A stretch of DNA of 64,000 nt from NCBI GenBank assembly GCA_034530875.2, contig JAVRCJ020000005.1:1-64000 (forward strand). Direction: 5' to 3'. The DNA is from Nostoc sp. DedSLP01 (GTDB lineage Bacteria; Cyanobacteriota; Cyanobacteriia; Cyanobacteriales; Nostocaceae). The notes beneath the pieces are model-generated. The model was not told the DNA's origin. It worked only from the letters and a program-made list of their open reading frames with translations, and ran no database searches. Below are positions 29,753 to 40,311 of the stretch, one piece after another. The stretch's first letter is position 1; each line of letters starts with the position of its first letter. A program made the position numbers and the translations under genes.

Positions 29753-30445
29753 ATGAAAAATATTATCTCGATTTTTAATAACTGGTTAAACCCTCACCAA
29801 AAATCTGTTTTACTCTTTGATTCAATTGCTGTTGCTAGTGAGATTGCCATTATGCTTAACGGTCAGTGGGATGGCTGTAATGGTGCGATCGTGGCTAAAT
29901 GTGATGAAGTAGCTGTTAATACTGCTGCCAAACTATTAGAATCTACATGGTGTTATCAAGGCGCTTCACAAGCTGTTTTAGAGAGAGTAGCAACTAATGA
30001 AATTTTACGGCGTTATGGACTAGGAGAGAGAAATTTTGTTAATGCTAATTTGAGGTGTGCGGTACTAGCATCAGTAAAGCTGAGTGAAATTAACCTAAGT
30101 TATGCGAAGTTGAATTGGGCAAACTTAAGCGAAGCTAATCTCACTAAAGCGGATCTAACAGCAGCAGACCTAAGTCAAGCTAATTTAAGTGAAGCTGACC
30201 TGATGTCGGCATACTTAATGAGGGCAAACCTCAGCGGTGCAGACTTGCAAGAAGCTTCACTAAAAGGATCTAACCTGAGTAGGGCTAACTTAAGTGAAGC
30301 TAATCTGACTGGTGCAGATTTAACGGGAGCCAATTTAGCACTAGCAGACTTAAGAGGGGCAAATTTTTACTTATGTAATTTGAATGGGGCGAATTTAACA
30401 GGTGCTAAGTTAATTGAAAGTGATTTGGCTTTTGCAAAACAATAA
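29753..30445 (+). CDS. pentapeptide repeat protein
   Basis: Tandem A(N/D)L(S/T)x pentapeptides; RRYGLGERNF. Confidence 0.92.
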   Translation: MKNIISIFNNWLNPHQKSVLLFDSIAVASEIAIMLNGQWDGCNGAIVAKCDEVAVNTAAKLLESTWCYQGASQAVLERVATNEILRRYGLGERNFVNANLRCAVLASVKLSEINLSYAKLNWANLSEANLTKADLTAADLSQANLSEADLMSAYLMRANLSGADLQEASLKGSNLSRANLSEANLTGADLTGANLALADLRGANFYLCNLNGANLTGAKLIESDLAFAKQ

Positions 30446-30678
30446 TTGATTTCTAAAATTAGCATTACAGAATTTAGAACATTGCCAAAAGTTAGATGAA
30501 GAAAGTTCGCCACATAGCAATACTTTTCGGTTAAGGGGAAAGTGGACAGTTTGTGGTGTTAGGGTTTAAAATCGGTGGATCTCGTTTAAGCGCGAGAAAT
30601 CATTGATTGAAAACACACTGTGAAAGCACATTGTGTTCCATACAAATAATGTCTCTTTTTTTGAGGGGAAATAATTGA

Positions 30679-31098
30679 TTGGAAACCCTAAATAATGCCA
30701 CTACTTACAAACAATTGAATAAGCGAACTATTATTTCTCTGGCTATTATTCTCCCTATTGGACTTTTATACAGCCACTATCGCTATTCTATTTCATGGTT
30801 TAACCAAGAGGTAGGAGGAATTTTTTATGAAATATTTTGGTGCTTGTTCGCCTTTCTATTTATCAAGACTCGCTCTTCAATTTGGCAAATTCCTTTATGG
30901 GTATTGATAATTACTTGTTTATTGGAGTTTCTTCAATTGTGGCATCCACCATTTTTAATTTGGGTGCGTTCGTTTTGGTGGGGAAAAATGTTAATTGGTA
31001 CTGCTTTCACTTGGGCAGATTTCCCCTATTATTTTATTGGTAGCGGGTTAGGATGGCTGTGGTTGCGGTTGATAGTCCGGCAAGCAAAGCTAAAATAA
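30679..31098 (+). CDS. DUF2809-like membrane protein
   Basis: GGIFYEIFW, LEFLQLWHPPFL, LIGTAFTWADF. Confidence 0.75.
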   Translation: METLNNATTYKQLNKRTIISLAIILPIGLLYSHYRYSISWFNQEVGGIFYEIFWCLFAFLFIKTRSSIWQIPLWVLIITCLLEFLQLWHPPFLIWVRSFWWGKMLIGTAFTWADFPYYFIGSGLGWLWLRLIVRQAKLK

Positions 31099-31143
31099 AA
31101 AATTAGCATAGACGAATACTTTGCTGAATGAGATTTTTTAATC

Positions 31144-31265
31144 TATAGGAATCCGGTTTGATTTTTGAAATTATCTGTGTAGGCAGGGAGTAGGGAGTGG
31201 GGAGTAGACAAGAGTGATTTTTGGGTGTACGGATTTTTTTTTAGAAATCAAATATGAGTCCTATA
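31144..31265 (-). mobile_element. MITE-like element, inverted copy of 10462-10590
   Basis: TATAGGAATCCGGTTTGA...TCAAATATGAGTCCTATA. Confidence 0.75.
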
Positions 31266-31292
31266 TTTGTATAAATATTTGCAGACGCAGTA

Positions 31293-31721
31293 TTATTTTT
31301 TCTCGGCGCAACCTTTTAAAACCTGATTTCCCAGGATAAAAATTGCCGAATAGGGATACTCTCGGTCTGACATACCATCACTACAGGCATCAACTTTTTT
31401 GACGATTAAGATATTGTTGCCTTTGCCTTTAAGTCGGTAGATTCGCACCAAGTTTGCGGGACGTCCCTCTGCTTTTAGAGGTGCGACATAAGAGAAGGTT
31501 TGCTGTTTTGTTTCTGGTGATGAGTAAACAATTCCCCTTTTACTCACAGTAACGCTCCAAAAAGGTTCTGTACCCCTAGCGATGAATTCTTCATTACTAG
31601 CAGTTTGGGCAACAACGGAATTATTCCTAGTAAGAGATGGTTCATTGGCAGTACTAGGACTGTTAGCTAGTAAGTTAGCTTCAAATAAGAGCAGAGTCAG
31701 ACAACAGCTGAAAGCTTTCAT
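31293..31721 (-). CDS. secreted COG3650-like protein
   Basis: Signal-like N-terminus; ARGTEPFW, CSDGMSDREYP, GCA. Confidence 0.8.
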   Translation of the reverse strand: MKAFSCCLTLLLFEANLLANSPSTANEPSLTRNNSVVAQTASNEEFIARGTEPFWSVTVSKRGIVYSSPETKQQTFSYVAPLKAEGRPANLVRIYRLKGKGNNILIVKKVDACSDGMSDREYPYSAIFILGNQVLKGCAEKK

Positions 31722-31865
31722 AATATCCAGAATTTATGGTTACTAATTTGCTTTAATTTGTATGTTATTGCACAACTGTAACTGTACGGCATTCAAAAGA
31801 CATGCAACAGTTCCCCCTGAGTGCATACTCTACAGTTGTGCCTCCATACAAAGATACGCTAACAG

Positions 31866-33047
31866 CTAAATTTCTGGGTCAGCCAAGCGAGTAGTGGGAC
31901 GACTTTGATACAAATCCTGAATGACTTGTACAGAAGAAACTAAGGCTACAAGGGCGATGATTGTTACAGGTAACAAACCTTTGCCAAAAATAGCGATCGC
32001 TACTAACACAACCGCACCCCCAAGCCGATACTGAGAACGGATTTGGCAATAACGAATCATTCCAAATCTATGGAGAATGCTCACAGCTAAGGAGCATAAT
32101 GCTACTGAACCGCAAATCAGCCATCGGTGGGAATCGGGTAAGGCTAGAGTTGGTTTACTCAACAAAATTTCTTCTACTCCCACTCCAGCCGCAGCAATCC
32201 CAACCACTAGGGGGAAATGAGTGTACAGCCACAGATAAACAACACCAGTTTTTCCATACGTCCGTGCTATCTCAATCGGTTTACCGCCGAGATTATCAAA
32301 ATAGACCCACCACCAGCAAAAAGCAATAATTAAACCAAATATGGCAGCAATTACAGTTAAAGTGTTCCATTTTTGCTCGGAAACACCATTGACCACCCCG
32401 ATAATTGCTTCACCCAAAACAATAATAGTAAACAGTCCGAAACGTTCCGGTAAGTGGGAGGCATGGGGGAGGAATCCGAGTTGAAATTTACGTGCTGTTA
32501 GGGGCGTAGTAAAGTCGATCGCGATCGCTAATGTCCACAGTGCGAATCGCCAGGGAACGGGTACAAATGCCGAAATCAACCAAAGGAAAGCAGCGATCGC
32601 AAAACCAATTGCGTGGCGATTCGTCAAAGGACGTGCTAAAGGTATGTGTATGCCCGCACGCACGTATTCTATCACCAGCACAGCCCGACCGAGAGCATAA
32701 GAAAGGGCAAAACCAGGAGAACTTTCACCTAAACCGTGGTGTATATTTACAGCCATTGCAGCTGCCGTCAGCATTTGTATAGCAATTAGCAGGCGATGTC
32801 CGACATCATCGCTATCAAAACGGTTAGCGTAAAATGTAGTACCAATCCACGACCACCAAACAGGTATAAATAAAACTATAAACCCAAGCAATCCGGAAAG
32901 TGAGATGTCCTCCTTGAGATTGTGAGCGAGTTGAGAAACTGCAACTACAAACACCAAATCATAAAAAAGTTCTAGCCAAGTGGCACGCCGTTCTTCCTCA
33001 GAACCTTCACCAATCCGCAACCTTGGTGGTTGAATAAAATTTGCCAT
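31866..33047 (-). CDS. ltrA: low temperature requirement protein A family
   Basis: RRATWLELFYDLVFV, HLPERFGLFTIIVLGE. Confidence 0.9.
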   Translation of the reverse strand: MANFIQPPRLRIGEGSEEERRATWLELFYDLVFVVAVSQLAHNLKEDISLSGLLGFIVLFIPVWWSWIGTTFYANRFDSDDVGHRLLIAIQMLTAAAMAVNIHHGLGESSPGFALSYALGRAVLVIEYVRAGIHIPLARPLTNRHAIGFAIAAFLWLISAFVPVPWRFALWTLAIAIDFTTPLTARKFQLGFLPHASHLPERFGLFTIIVLGEAIIGVVNGVSEQKWNTLTVIAAIFGLIIAFCWWWVYFDNLGGKPIEIARTYGKTGVVYLWLYTHFPLVVGIAAAGVGVEEILLSKPTLALPDSHRWLICGSVALCSLAVSILHRFGMIRYCQIRSQYRLGGAVVLVAIAIFGKGLLPVTIIALVALVSSVQVIQDLYQSRPTTRLADPEI

Positions 33048-33123
33048 AGTGGTATGAGCGATCGCTAATAAGTATCTGTTCGCTCATTTTAAGAGGATAA
33101 AGGGGTGAAGAAATAGAGGGGCA

Positions 33124-33225
33124 GGAGAGATGAGGAGATGGGGAAGTGTGGGGAGTGTGGGGAGTGTGGGAGGATGGGGAAGAAATCTTTCCCATCCTCC
33201 CACACTCCCTGCTTGCCCCATGCCC
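33124..33225. repeat. dispersed GGGGAGTGT/hairpin repeat (relatives at 46632-46720 and 55871-56030)
   Basis: GGAGTGTGGGAGGATGGG...CCCATCCTCCCACACTCC. Confidence 0.8.
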
Positions 33226-33249
33226 TAAAATATAAATATTTCACTAAAT

Positions 33250-34056
33250 ATGCACAGCTTTATTCCACCAGAACGCTTTTTCCCTTATCTGAGTTGGACT
33301 GACATTGAGGCAATGCCAGATAAAGAAAATGCGGTCATCATCCAACCAGTAGGGGCAATAGAACAACATGGCCCCCATCTGCCGTTAATTGTAGATGCTG
33401 CTATTGGTGTGGGAGTACTGGGGAAAGCATTGGAACAGCTCGACGCCAGTATTCCGGCTTATGCTTTGCCAACGCTTTATTATGGGAAATCTAACGAACA
33501 CTGGCACTTTCCCGGTACGATTACTCTCAGTACCCAAACTCTGACGGCAATTATTATGGAAGTGGGAGAAAGTATTTACCGTGCTGGGTTTAGAAAATTG
33601 GTGTTAATGAACTCCCACGGCGGACAACCCCAAGTCATGCAAATGGCAGCGCGGGATTTACATGTCAAATATGATGACTTTTTAGTATTTCCCTTATTTA
33701 CTTGGCGCGTGCCTAATATTACTAAGGAATTATTAACGCCAAAGGAAGCAACGCTAGGAATGCACGCTGGAGATGCAGAAACTAGCATTATGTTATCGAT
33801 TTTGCCAGAACAAGTAAAACTAGAAAAAGCTGTTGCAGAGTATCCGCCAGAACAATCGGAAACTAGTTTGTTGAGTTTAGAGGGGAAGTTACCTGTAGCT
33901 TGGGTAACGCGAGATATCAGTAAAAGTGGGGTGATTGGCGACGCCACAACGGCAACTAAAGAAAAAGGCGATCGCATTCTCGAATCTGTCGCTAACGGTT
34001 GGGTACAAGTGATTCAAGAAATTTACGCTTTTCAACAACCAAGAGTTAAAAGTTAA
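33250..34056 (+). CDS. creatininase family protein
   Basis: GAIEQHGPHLP, EHWHFPGT, NSHGG, HAGDAETS. Confidence 0.9.
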   Translation: MHSFIPPERFFPYLSWTDIEAMPDKENAVIIQPVGAIEQHGPHLPLIVDAAIGVGVLGKALEQLDASIPAYALPTLYYGKSNEHWHFPGTITLSTQTLTAIIMEVGESIYRAGFRKLVLMNSHGGQPQVMQMAARDLHVKYDDFLVFPLFTWRVPNITKELLTPKEATLGMHAGDAETSIMLSILPEQVKLEKAVAEYPPEQSETSLLSLEGKLPVAWVTRDISKSGVIGDATTATKEKGDRILESVANGWVQVIQEIYAFQQPRVKS

Positions 34057-34183
34057 CAATGGCTTAGATGCGCTACAGCGTTGAAATTTGTTAATCTAAG
34101 AATAATAGAAGTACTACTAGCATCGCTAGTTAAAGTGTATCTGGCATTAAATTCCTCTTGAAAGTTTTATCACAAAAAGAATT

Positions 34184-34687
34184 ATGACGGCCTTTGAACC
34201 TCAAAGCATCCGATCTTATAGTCAAGAAGATGTACAACAAATTTTAAATTTAGCGATCGCTCGTCAAGCTAATGACAAAGACACAGAATTTTCTTACGAG
34301 CAGCTATTAGAAATTGCTGCTGAGTTAGAAATTTCACCAGAGTCTTTAAAATTAGCAGAACGCGATTGGATAATGCAACAAAGCCAAGTCCAACAACGAA
34401 GAGCTTTTGACACCTACCGCAAAAGAATGCTTCAGAAGCGTCTCGGCAATTATGCAATTTTCAATAGCTTTTTGATACTTGTGGATTTAATCGCTGGTGG
34501 CGGCATTTCTTGGTCGGTATACATTTTACTATTTTGTGGATTGCCAGTAGGACTTGATATCTGGAATACCTTTCAAATTAAAGGCGAAGAGTACGAAATG
34601 GCATTCCAAAGATGGAACCGCAAGCATCAAATTAAGAAAACTATCAGTACAGTTTTAAATAAATGGTTTAAAGCGTTGCAGGCTTAG
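34184..34687 (+). CDS. 2TM domain-containing protein
   Basis: YSQEDVQQIL..AIARQ, LEIAAELEI, two C-terminal TM segments. Confidence 0.8.
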   Translation: MTAFEPQSIRSYSQEDVQQILNLAIARQANDKDTEFSYEQLLEIAAELEISPESLKLAERDWIMQQSQVQQRRAFDTYRKRMLQKRLGNYAIFNSFLILVDLIAGGGISWSVYILLFCGLPVGLDIWNTFQIKGEEYEMAFQRWNRKHQIKKTISTVLNKWFKALQA

Positions 34688-34802
34688 TACAGCTTTGCTG
34701 AAAATCGTAGTGAATTGAGGGTTGAAGTTTAAACGCAAAGGGTGCAGAGGTAAGCGCAAAGGTACGCAGAGAAGTCACTACGAATTAATGAAATGTTGTA
34801 CT
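34686..34802. repeat. MITE-like inverted-repeat element with an internal SDR (ACGCAAAG...ACGCAGAG)
   Basis: AGTACAGC...TCGTAGTGA / TCACTACGA...GTTGTACT. Confidence 0.55.
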
Positions 34803-34906
34803 TAGTTTAGTGTTTTTTGCTCCTTCAAACTAAAACCCCACAGCCAAACCGCGCTAAAATTGGCCTCAATGCAACGTATGTTGTATAACACAATACCATC
34901 GTATCT

Positions 34907-35275
34907 ATGAAAGCTGAAGCAGAAAACTATCCCAGGCTGACTTGTGAAGTGGAAACTACGCTTAAGGTGATTGGCGGACGGTGGAAGGTTTTGATTATTA
35001 GAGAATTAATGACGGGAGTAAAACGCTTTGGCGAGTTGCAGCGGGCTTTACCTGGAATCACTCAAAAGATGTTGACTCAGCAACTCAAAGAAATGCAGGA
35101 AGACGGTATTATTCATCGAGAAGTTTATCCCCAAATTCCTCCCAAAGTAGAATATTCGCTGACACCTTTGGGAGAAACTTTGCAACCCATTCTTTATGCT
35201 ATGCATGAATGGGCTATTAAACATTTTGCTCAAGCCAACCATCATCAATCTGAGCGAATAATTACTAATTCGTAA
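34907..35275 (+). CDS. HxlR family winged-helix regulator
   Basis: [25 protein letters not shown]. Confidence 0.93.
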   Translation: MKAEAENYPRLTCEVETTLKVIGGRWKVLIIRELMTGVKRFGELQRALPGITQKMLTQQLKEMQEDGIIHREVYPQIPPKVEYSLTPLGETLQPILYAMHEWAIKHFAQANHHQSERIITNS

Positions 35276-35343
35276 TTCGTAATTTTAGATGTTTAAAATT
35301 GTTGGCGTCAGCAACAAAAATAGTCCTTGATTGTGCAATAACA

Positions 35344-36771
35344 TTAATCTTTAGCGTTTCTTTGAGTCTGCAATCTGAGGTCTTCTGGCTGCAAACTGAA
35401 CAACCCGTACCAGTGGCGAACTGCTAACCAGATGGCTGAGAGCAAACCTGCAAGACTGAGAGTGAGGCCGCTAAACGGAACTAATAAACCAAAAACGGGT
35501 AATATTGCTCCAGCAATAGTACAGATGATAGCAGCAAGGGAAGCACTGCGGCTAGCACCCAATCCCCATGTCAAAATTAATAAAATAATGGAAATAAAAG
35601 TCCAAGCCAACTGAGCATTCATCAACCGAGCTAGATAGGTCAAAGCTAACAGACAAGCAAAGAAAATACTAGCAGCGATCGCTATATTTTTGAAGCTCAT
35701 TGGAAATGACAAATATAACAATAATATCCACCACAGAAAGATGGCTGGCGCTAACAACAATAGCCGGGGAATAACGCCAGTATGACGAATTGGCTCGGTG
35801 TTGGTAAACACTCCAAAGGGATTTTTGACTGAAACATTATCGTCAAATATCCAAGTAAATTGAGTGCTGCGTCCATCAACTTTAATCTCATTAGGAACAA
35901 TACCACTGGCAAAATCAGCGGGAGCAAAGTTAGCAATTGCGGTGAGGCGGAAATTAGAAAGCAACTGTCTGGTAGCATTATAAACCCAGCGCGGCGCACC
36001 TTGAGCTTGATAGGTAACTCGAAAGGTGGCTGTTTCCCCTGGTTGCAGACGGAAGGGAAAACCATAATCTCCGGGATTGGTTTGCTGTAGCCTATTACCG
36101 TCACGCTCTACTTTATAGCTAGCAAGTAGTGAATAGTTGTCAGGCGGCGGTGCTTCAAAGAAAAAATTATTAATATCTTTGAGTTGGTTAACTACTTTAT
36201 AGTCAGCAATGTATTCTACGCGATAAACTGAACTGCGCCCTGGAACATCTACACTTTGGTCGAGTTTGACTTGAATTTGCGAACCAGCCAATGTTAAGTA
36301 GCGGGTAACTTCTCGCGTATCATTGACCTTAACTATCTTGTTATTGACTTGAGTAGTATATGAATATGGCTCTTGAATAGAGTAGCGCACTTGGGGCGCA
36401 GACTGTTCGAGTCTTTCCCCGGCGACACTTTCAGCGACTTGAGCCACCCTTGCTTGTTCCCAGTAGTGGTAGCGGTTACTCAAAGTAGAACAGAGAAAAA
36501 ATCCCGGCACTAACAGAATTAATACTAAAGTTAAATGTTGCAATCCCCGCAATAGTTGAGAATAACGAATCCCCCATTCGCCAATGAAAATAACATTTTC
36601 TGGCTGGTGACGACGTAAAGCAAAACTAAGCAAAGCGATCGCAATTCCCAAAGCGATCGCTAAAAATACTAATAATAATGAAGCTTTAAGTGCTTGGCTT
36701 CCAAATTGGACAAGTTCAATCGGATGCGTTAAATCGGGTAATCCAGGAATACCTTGAGCAGTAGATAACAT
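35344..36771 (-). CDS. hypothetical multi-pass membrane protein
   Basis: N-terminal TMs, soluble middle domain, C-terminal TM bundle; likely start MLSTAQ. Confidence 0.8.
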   Translation of the reverse strand: MLSTAQGIPGLPDLTHPIELVQFGSQALKASLLLVFLAIALGIAIALLSFALRRHQPENVIFIGEWGIRYSQLLRGLQHLTLVLILLVPGFFLCSTLSNRYHYWEQARVAQVAESVAGERLEQSAPQVRYSIQEPYSYTTQVNNKIVKVNDTREVTRYLTLAGSQIQVKLDQSVDVPGRSSVYRVEYIADYKVVNQLKDINNFFFEAPPPDNYSLLASYKVERDGNRLQQTNPGDYGFPFRLQPGETATFRVTYQAQGAPRWVYNATRQLLSNFRLTAIANFAPADFASGIVPNEIKVDGRSTQFTWIFDDNVSVKNPFGVFTNTEPIRHTGVIPRLLLLAPAIFLWWILLLYLSFPMSFKNIAIAASIFFACLLALTYLARLMNAQLAWTFISIILLILTWGLGASRSASLAAIICTIAGAILPVFGLLVPFSGLTLSLAGLLSAIWLAVRHWYGLFSLQPEDLRLQTQRNAKD

Positions 36772-36879
36772 TGGCGTTCTCTTGCAGATTGTGGAGAACC
36801 AGACCGATAATTTCTCGCAAAAGTTTCTCCACAATAGTTTAATATGATACGCCAACGGTTACGAACAAATAATTACGAA

Positions 36880-38169
36880 TTATTGTGACCGATCTAACCG
36901 CCGTTGCCATTCAGCATCAATTTGTGCGGAATTTTCAGCTTCCTGTTCTAGTAAGTCAGTTTCAGTGGAGTATACCAAGTCTTCATTACCAATGAATTTT
37001 TCTGCGGCAAACTGATGGGCAAAGTCAAGCTTTTGCTGCAAAGAAGTATCCGCGCTTGCTAATAGCCTAGCGCGAGCAAGGCGATCGCGGTTGCGTGCAG
37101 CAATTTTTTTATTGCGCCACTGAATCCAAAAATAACGCAATAAGGGTATCCCCAAAAAGCCAACTCCATAAGCCAACAGCAGCCAATAAATTCCACCAAC
37201 AAAAGCTACCAGTCCGCCTATTTGAGCAGCAACCGTACCATCTCTCAATAAACTTCCCAATACTAAAGCGCCAACAAAATTGACTATACCCAAGCCAGCA
37301 CTCAGCATAATTTGTCCGGAACTTGCCACACTAAAACGCCAGGGAAATTCCTCCAAGTAAACTGATATTGAATCACGGCGCTTTTTAGCTGCACTTACTT
37401 GTAATTCTGGGAAGTAATATACAATTTGCCCGTGGTCGCTGACGGATGGTTGTCCGTTAAATCGCGTCAGAACCGGCAACATATAATCTTCGTAATCTCT
37501 TTTATATTCCTCACCAATGTCATCGAGATATGGCGAAATTTGTTCGGCTACTACTGCGCCACGGTTATTCCGAATCACCGTAGCGATTTCTTGCCAGCGA
37601 CGTTCTTCTAAATTGGCGTTCGGATTACCATCACCAAATAAAAACGAAAACACAGCTTCAAAGAAATTCAAATCGCTTTTTTCTCGTCTTTCATATCGGC
37701 GTTGCTGGTAGTTGGTGCTATAACCCGGGTCGAGATACCAAAAGAAATTTGGGAAATAGAAGAAACCGCCACCAAAATTACTGCTGCCATTATCGCGATC
37801 GCGGTCGGAATTTGCAGCGGTGATAATGATGAAGATGGTAACAGTTATCAGAAAGATAGAAACAGTTAATAAAATTCCAAAAGAAATGCGAATCAAGTAA
37901 AACAGCACATTCCAGACTTTTTTCCACCATTCTTGCAATCGTAATCGGAAGTATTTATTACGTAGAATTGAGCGAAAATTTTTCGGAAATAGGTAAACAA
38001 TATCACCCGAATCTGCTACTTGTAAATGTCCGCCAGCATCAGATGCTAGGGCTAATAACCCAAGATTCGCTTCACCGACATTCAATCCTGCCTGAGTTGC
38101 CACATCGCCAATGGTGACGCGGTAACCCAGTTGTTCCACAGCTTGCATAATGGTGGGATTGAGAGTCAT
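36880..38169 (-). CDS. conserved cyanobacterial membrane protein
   Basis: 429-aa ORF; VTIGDVA, FSFLFGDGNPN motifs. Confidence 0.85.
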   Translation of the reverse strand: MTLNPTIMQAVEQLGYRVTIGDVATQAGLNVGEANLGLLALASDAGGHLQVADSGDIVYLFPKNFRSILRNKYFRLRLQEWWKKVWNVLFYLIRISFGILLTVSIFLITVTIFIIITAANSDRDRDNGSSNFGGGFFYFPNFFWYLDPGYSTNYQQRRYERREKSDLNFFEAVFSFLFGDGNPNANLEERRWQEIATVIRNNRGAVVAEQISPYLDDIGEEYKRDYEDYMLPVLTRFNGQPSVSDHGQIVYYFPELQVSAAKKRRDSISVYLEEFPWRFSVASSGQIMLSAGLGIVNFVGALVLGSLLRDGTVAAQIGGLVAFVGGIYWLLLAYGVGFLGIPLLRYFWIQWRNKKIAARNRDRLARARLLASADTSLQQKLDFAHQFAAEKFIGNEDLVYSTETDLLEQEAENSAQIDAEWQRRLDRSQ

Positions 38170-38457
38170 TCCTCTACCCTCCTGCGAAATATACTCTTCT
38201 TTTTCAAGTATAAAGTTTTATTTTCAGCGCCTTGTCCAAGGCAGAATTTAAAAAAACCAACAACGACATATTCCCTTGTCTTCTCGATAATTGATAGCAG
38301 CTAAACCATAGCTTAGGACATCAACTGCCCGGAAAACACAGACAACAAGAGACTTTCAAACTTGTTCCCTGTTCCCTCCGATAAAAAATAACTTAAGACG
38401 CAATATATTATAGTTATCGTCCTTGGTTTAATTAACCAGCAACTTTTCTGCTTAAAT

Positions 38458-38937
38458 ATGGTTCAGTACACTCTTGCTCAAAGCCCAGAAATTATTCTTA
38501 CTGTTTCTGGAAAAGATTCAGCCAAAGCCCGTGATAAGGCAATGGATCAGTTGATGGAACTGATGGATGCAGGTAAACTTCCTACAGAACTCGAAGAAGG
38601 GTTTGGCCCTCAGCAATTAATTGAGGTTAAAGAACCAAGTATTGATACTGCTAACGGTGAGGATACCATTACACAAGCTGTTCAGATTTTGAGTAACTTG
38701 GCCACGCTCAAACTAAAAGTCCAAGAGTCACGAACTGAAGCTTTGGAAATTCGCAAAGCTGTTGATGTTTTATTCACCGACGAGTCGGTGAGTGAAGAGG
38801 AAATTACTCGGCTTAAAGAAGGCTTTAAAATTTTGAAAAATTTTGCTCAAGCTAATGTGCGTTACCAAGAAGCACGAGTTAAAGCAGAAGAAGCTAGGCA
38901 GGTTTTAGATCGAGCTCTTCACACGCCTGACAAGTAA
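38458..38937 (+). CDS. conserved hypothetical protein
   Basis: 159-aa ORF, helical C-terminus. Confidence 0.8.
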   Translation: MVQYTLAQSPEIILTVSGKDSAKARDKAMDQLMELMDAGKLPTELEEGFGPQQLIEVKEPSIDTANGEDTITQAVQILSNLATLKLKVQESRTEALEIRKAVDVLFTDESVSEEEITRLKEGFKILKNFAQANVRYQEARVKAEEARQVLDRALHTPDK

Positions 38938-39011
38938 CGCTCGAACAATGAACCTTCAGTTATCTAATTCAAATGCAAAAGACAGGCTTGTTATGCCTGC
39001 CTTTCGCTTTA

Positions 39012-39083
39012 CTGGGGCGCTAGGATTCGAACCTAGGGATGGCGGGACCAAAACCCGCTGCCTTACCACTTGGCTACGCCCCA
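39012..39083 (-). tRNA. trnQ: tRNA-Gln (TTG)
   Basis: TGGGGCGTAGCCAAGTGGTAAGGCAGCGGGTTTTGGTCCCGCCATCCCTAGGTTCGAATCCTAGCGCCCCAG; cloverleaf, TTG anticodon, no encoded CCA. Confidence 0.97.
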
Positions 39084-39353
39084 ACAACTTCACCCTACTT
39101 AATATAGCAGTTACTCATGGGTTTGTGTCAAGTATTTTTATAGTTGATTTGAGAACCTGGGTTTTTACATAGCGCTAGACTACGGCAGTGTCCGCGCAAC
39201 AGGAGCGAGACAAACCTAACTTTGGCATCTCGAAAGAGTATTGTTTGAGGACAAGCAAACAGATAGTTGCAATCCTCTCCATAAGCATCATACTTATAGA
39301 AGTAGAGTGTAGAGAGAAGCTTGCGATCGCTCCCAAAATTGTACTTCAGGCAT

Positions 39354-39437
39354 TATAGCGGTTTGAGGTACATAAATTTGTATGGCGCAAAGCTTTGCGC
39401 CCCTACCCTGTACTTCACTACAATAGGAAATGCTATA
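39354..39437. repeat. short MITE-like element with an internal SDR hairpin
   Basis: TATAGCGGTTTGAGGTACA...GGCGCAAAGCTTTGCGCC...TGTACTTC...AAATGCTATA. Confidence 0.6.
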
Positions 39438-39455
39438 GTTATTTTTTTACACGAA

Positions 39456-40301
39456 TTAATCAATTTCAATTAGTTCGAGTTCAATTTTTTGTCCGGTAAT
39501 AATGTGCAAAAATTGAGCTATTTTAATCAATAAAACTATTGCAGAACTACTTTGTGATTTAGTCAGTATCCAATTAGTAGTTTTAGCGGAGAACATTGCT
39601 TTACCTATAGACATACCTCTCAATTTTTGAAGTATTTTATAATTAGCAGTTTTGAATACTGAACCACAGTTCGGTGCTGTATTATCTTGATGTTCTTTTG
39701 CCCAAAGTTGTCTGGAAACTACAGGGTTTTCTGTAAATTCTATGCGTTCAAATTTGAAAACTGCACTCAATATCAATTTTGAGTGCATACCAGTAAATAT
39801 AGTTTCTCGATAATCTCGTACAATTTGACTCTTATCAAGTGTTTTTATAGATCCATCTTCAAAGAAAGTTACAGTTTCAACAAAGTCGTATATTGTACAT
39901 CCATGTTGTCTTCCCCTACCAGCGTTCATTGCTAATGCACCGCCAATTGTTGCTGGTACAGACGCAAGATAATAAAAAGAATCCAATGAGTTTTGGTAAC
40001 AGTACTTTAATACTTCCATCACTGAAATAGAAGAAGACACTTCTACTCTCCCTTCAGATAGAGAATTTATGTACTTAGGTAGTTTATTTTTTAGTATCAA
40101 TGATTGGATATTCTTTTTCACAAATAGCGTGTTAGAGCCATTTCCAATAATATAAATTTTTACGTTATTATCTTTGGCCCAATCACAGTATTCCTGAAGG
40201 TCGTCAATACTAGCTATCTCTCCTACTCGCTCAAAGTGATGTTTCGTTCTATAGTGCGAAAGACTAGTAGATGTTAAAGGTTCAATCTTCAAATTAGACA
40301 T
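39456..40301 (-). CDS. divergent MurB-like FAD-dependent enolpyruvyl reductase
   Basis: IGNGSNTLF, VPATIGGALAMNAG, YRETIF, PNCGSVFK; likely start MSNLK. Confidence 0.8.
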   Translation of the reverse strand: MSNLKIEPLTSTSLSHYRTKHHFERVGEIASIDDLQEYCDWAKDNNVKIYIIGNGSNTLFVKKNIQSLILKNKLPKYINSLSEGRVEVSSSISVMEVLKYCYQNSLDSFYYLASVPATIGGALAMNAGRGRQHGCTIYDFVETVTFFEDGSIKTLDKSQIVRDYRETIFTGMHSKLILSAVFKFERIEFTENPVVSRQLWAKEHQDNTAPNCGSVFKTANYKILQKLRGMSIGKAMFSAKTTNWILTKSQSSSAIVLLIKIAQFLHIITGQKIELELIEID

Positions 40302-40311
40302 TTTAATTATT

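Noticed and set aside
33250..34056. Creatininase as part of guanidine metabolism
   Set aside because: 17 kb from the operon, no riboswitch, and a widespread family of unclear substrate
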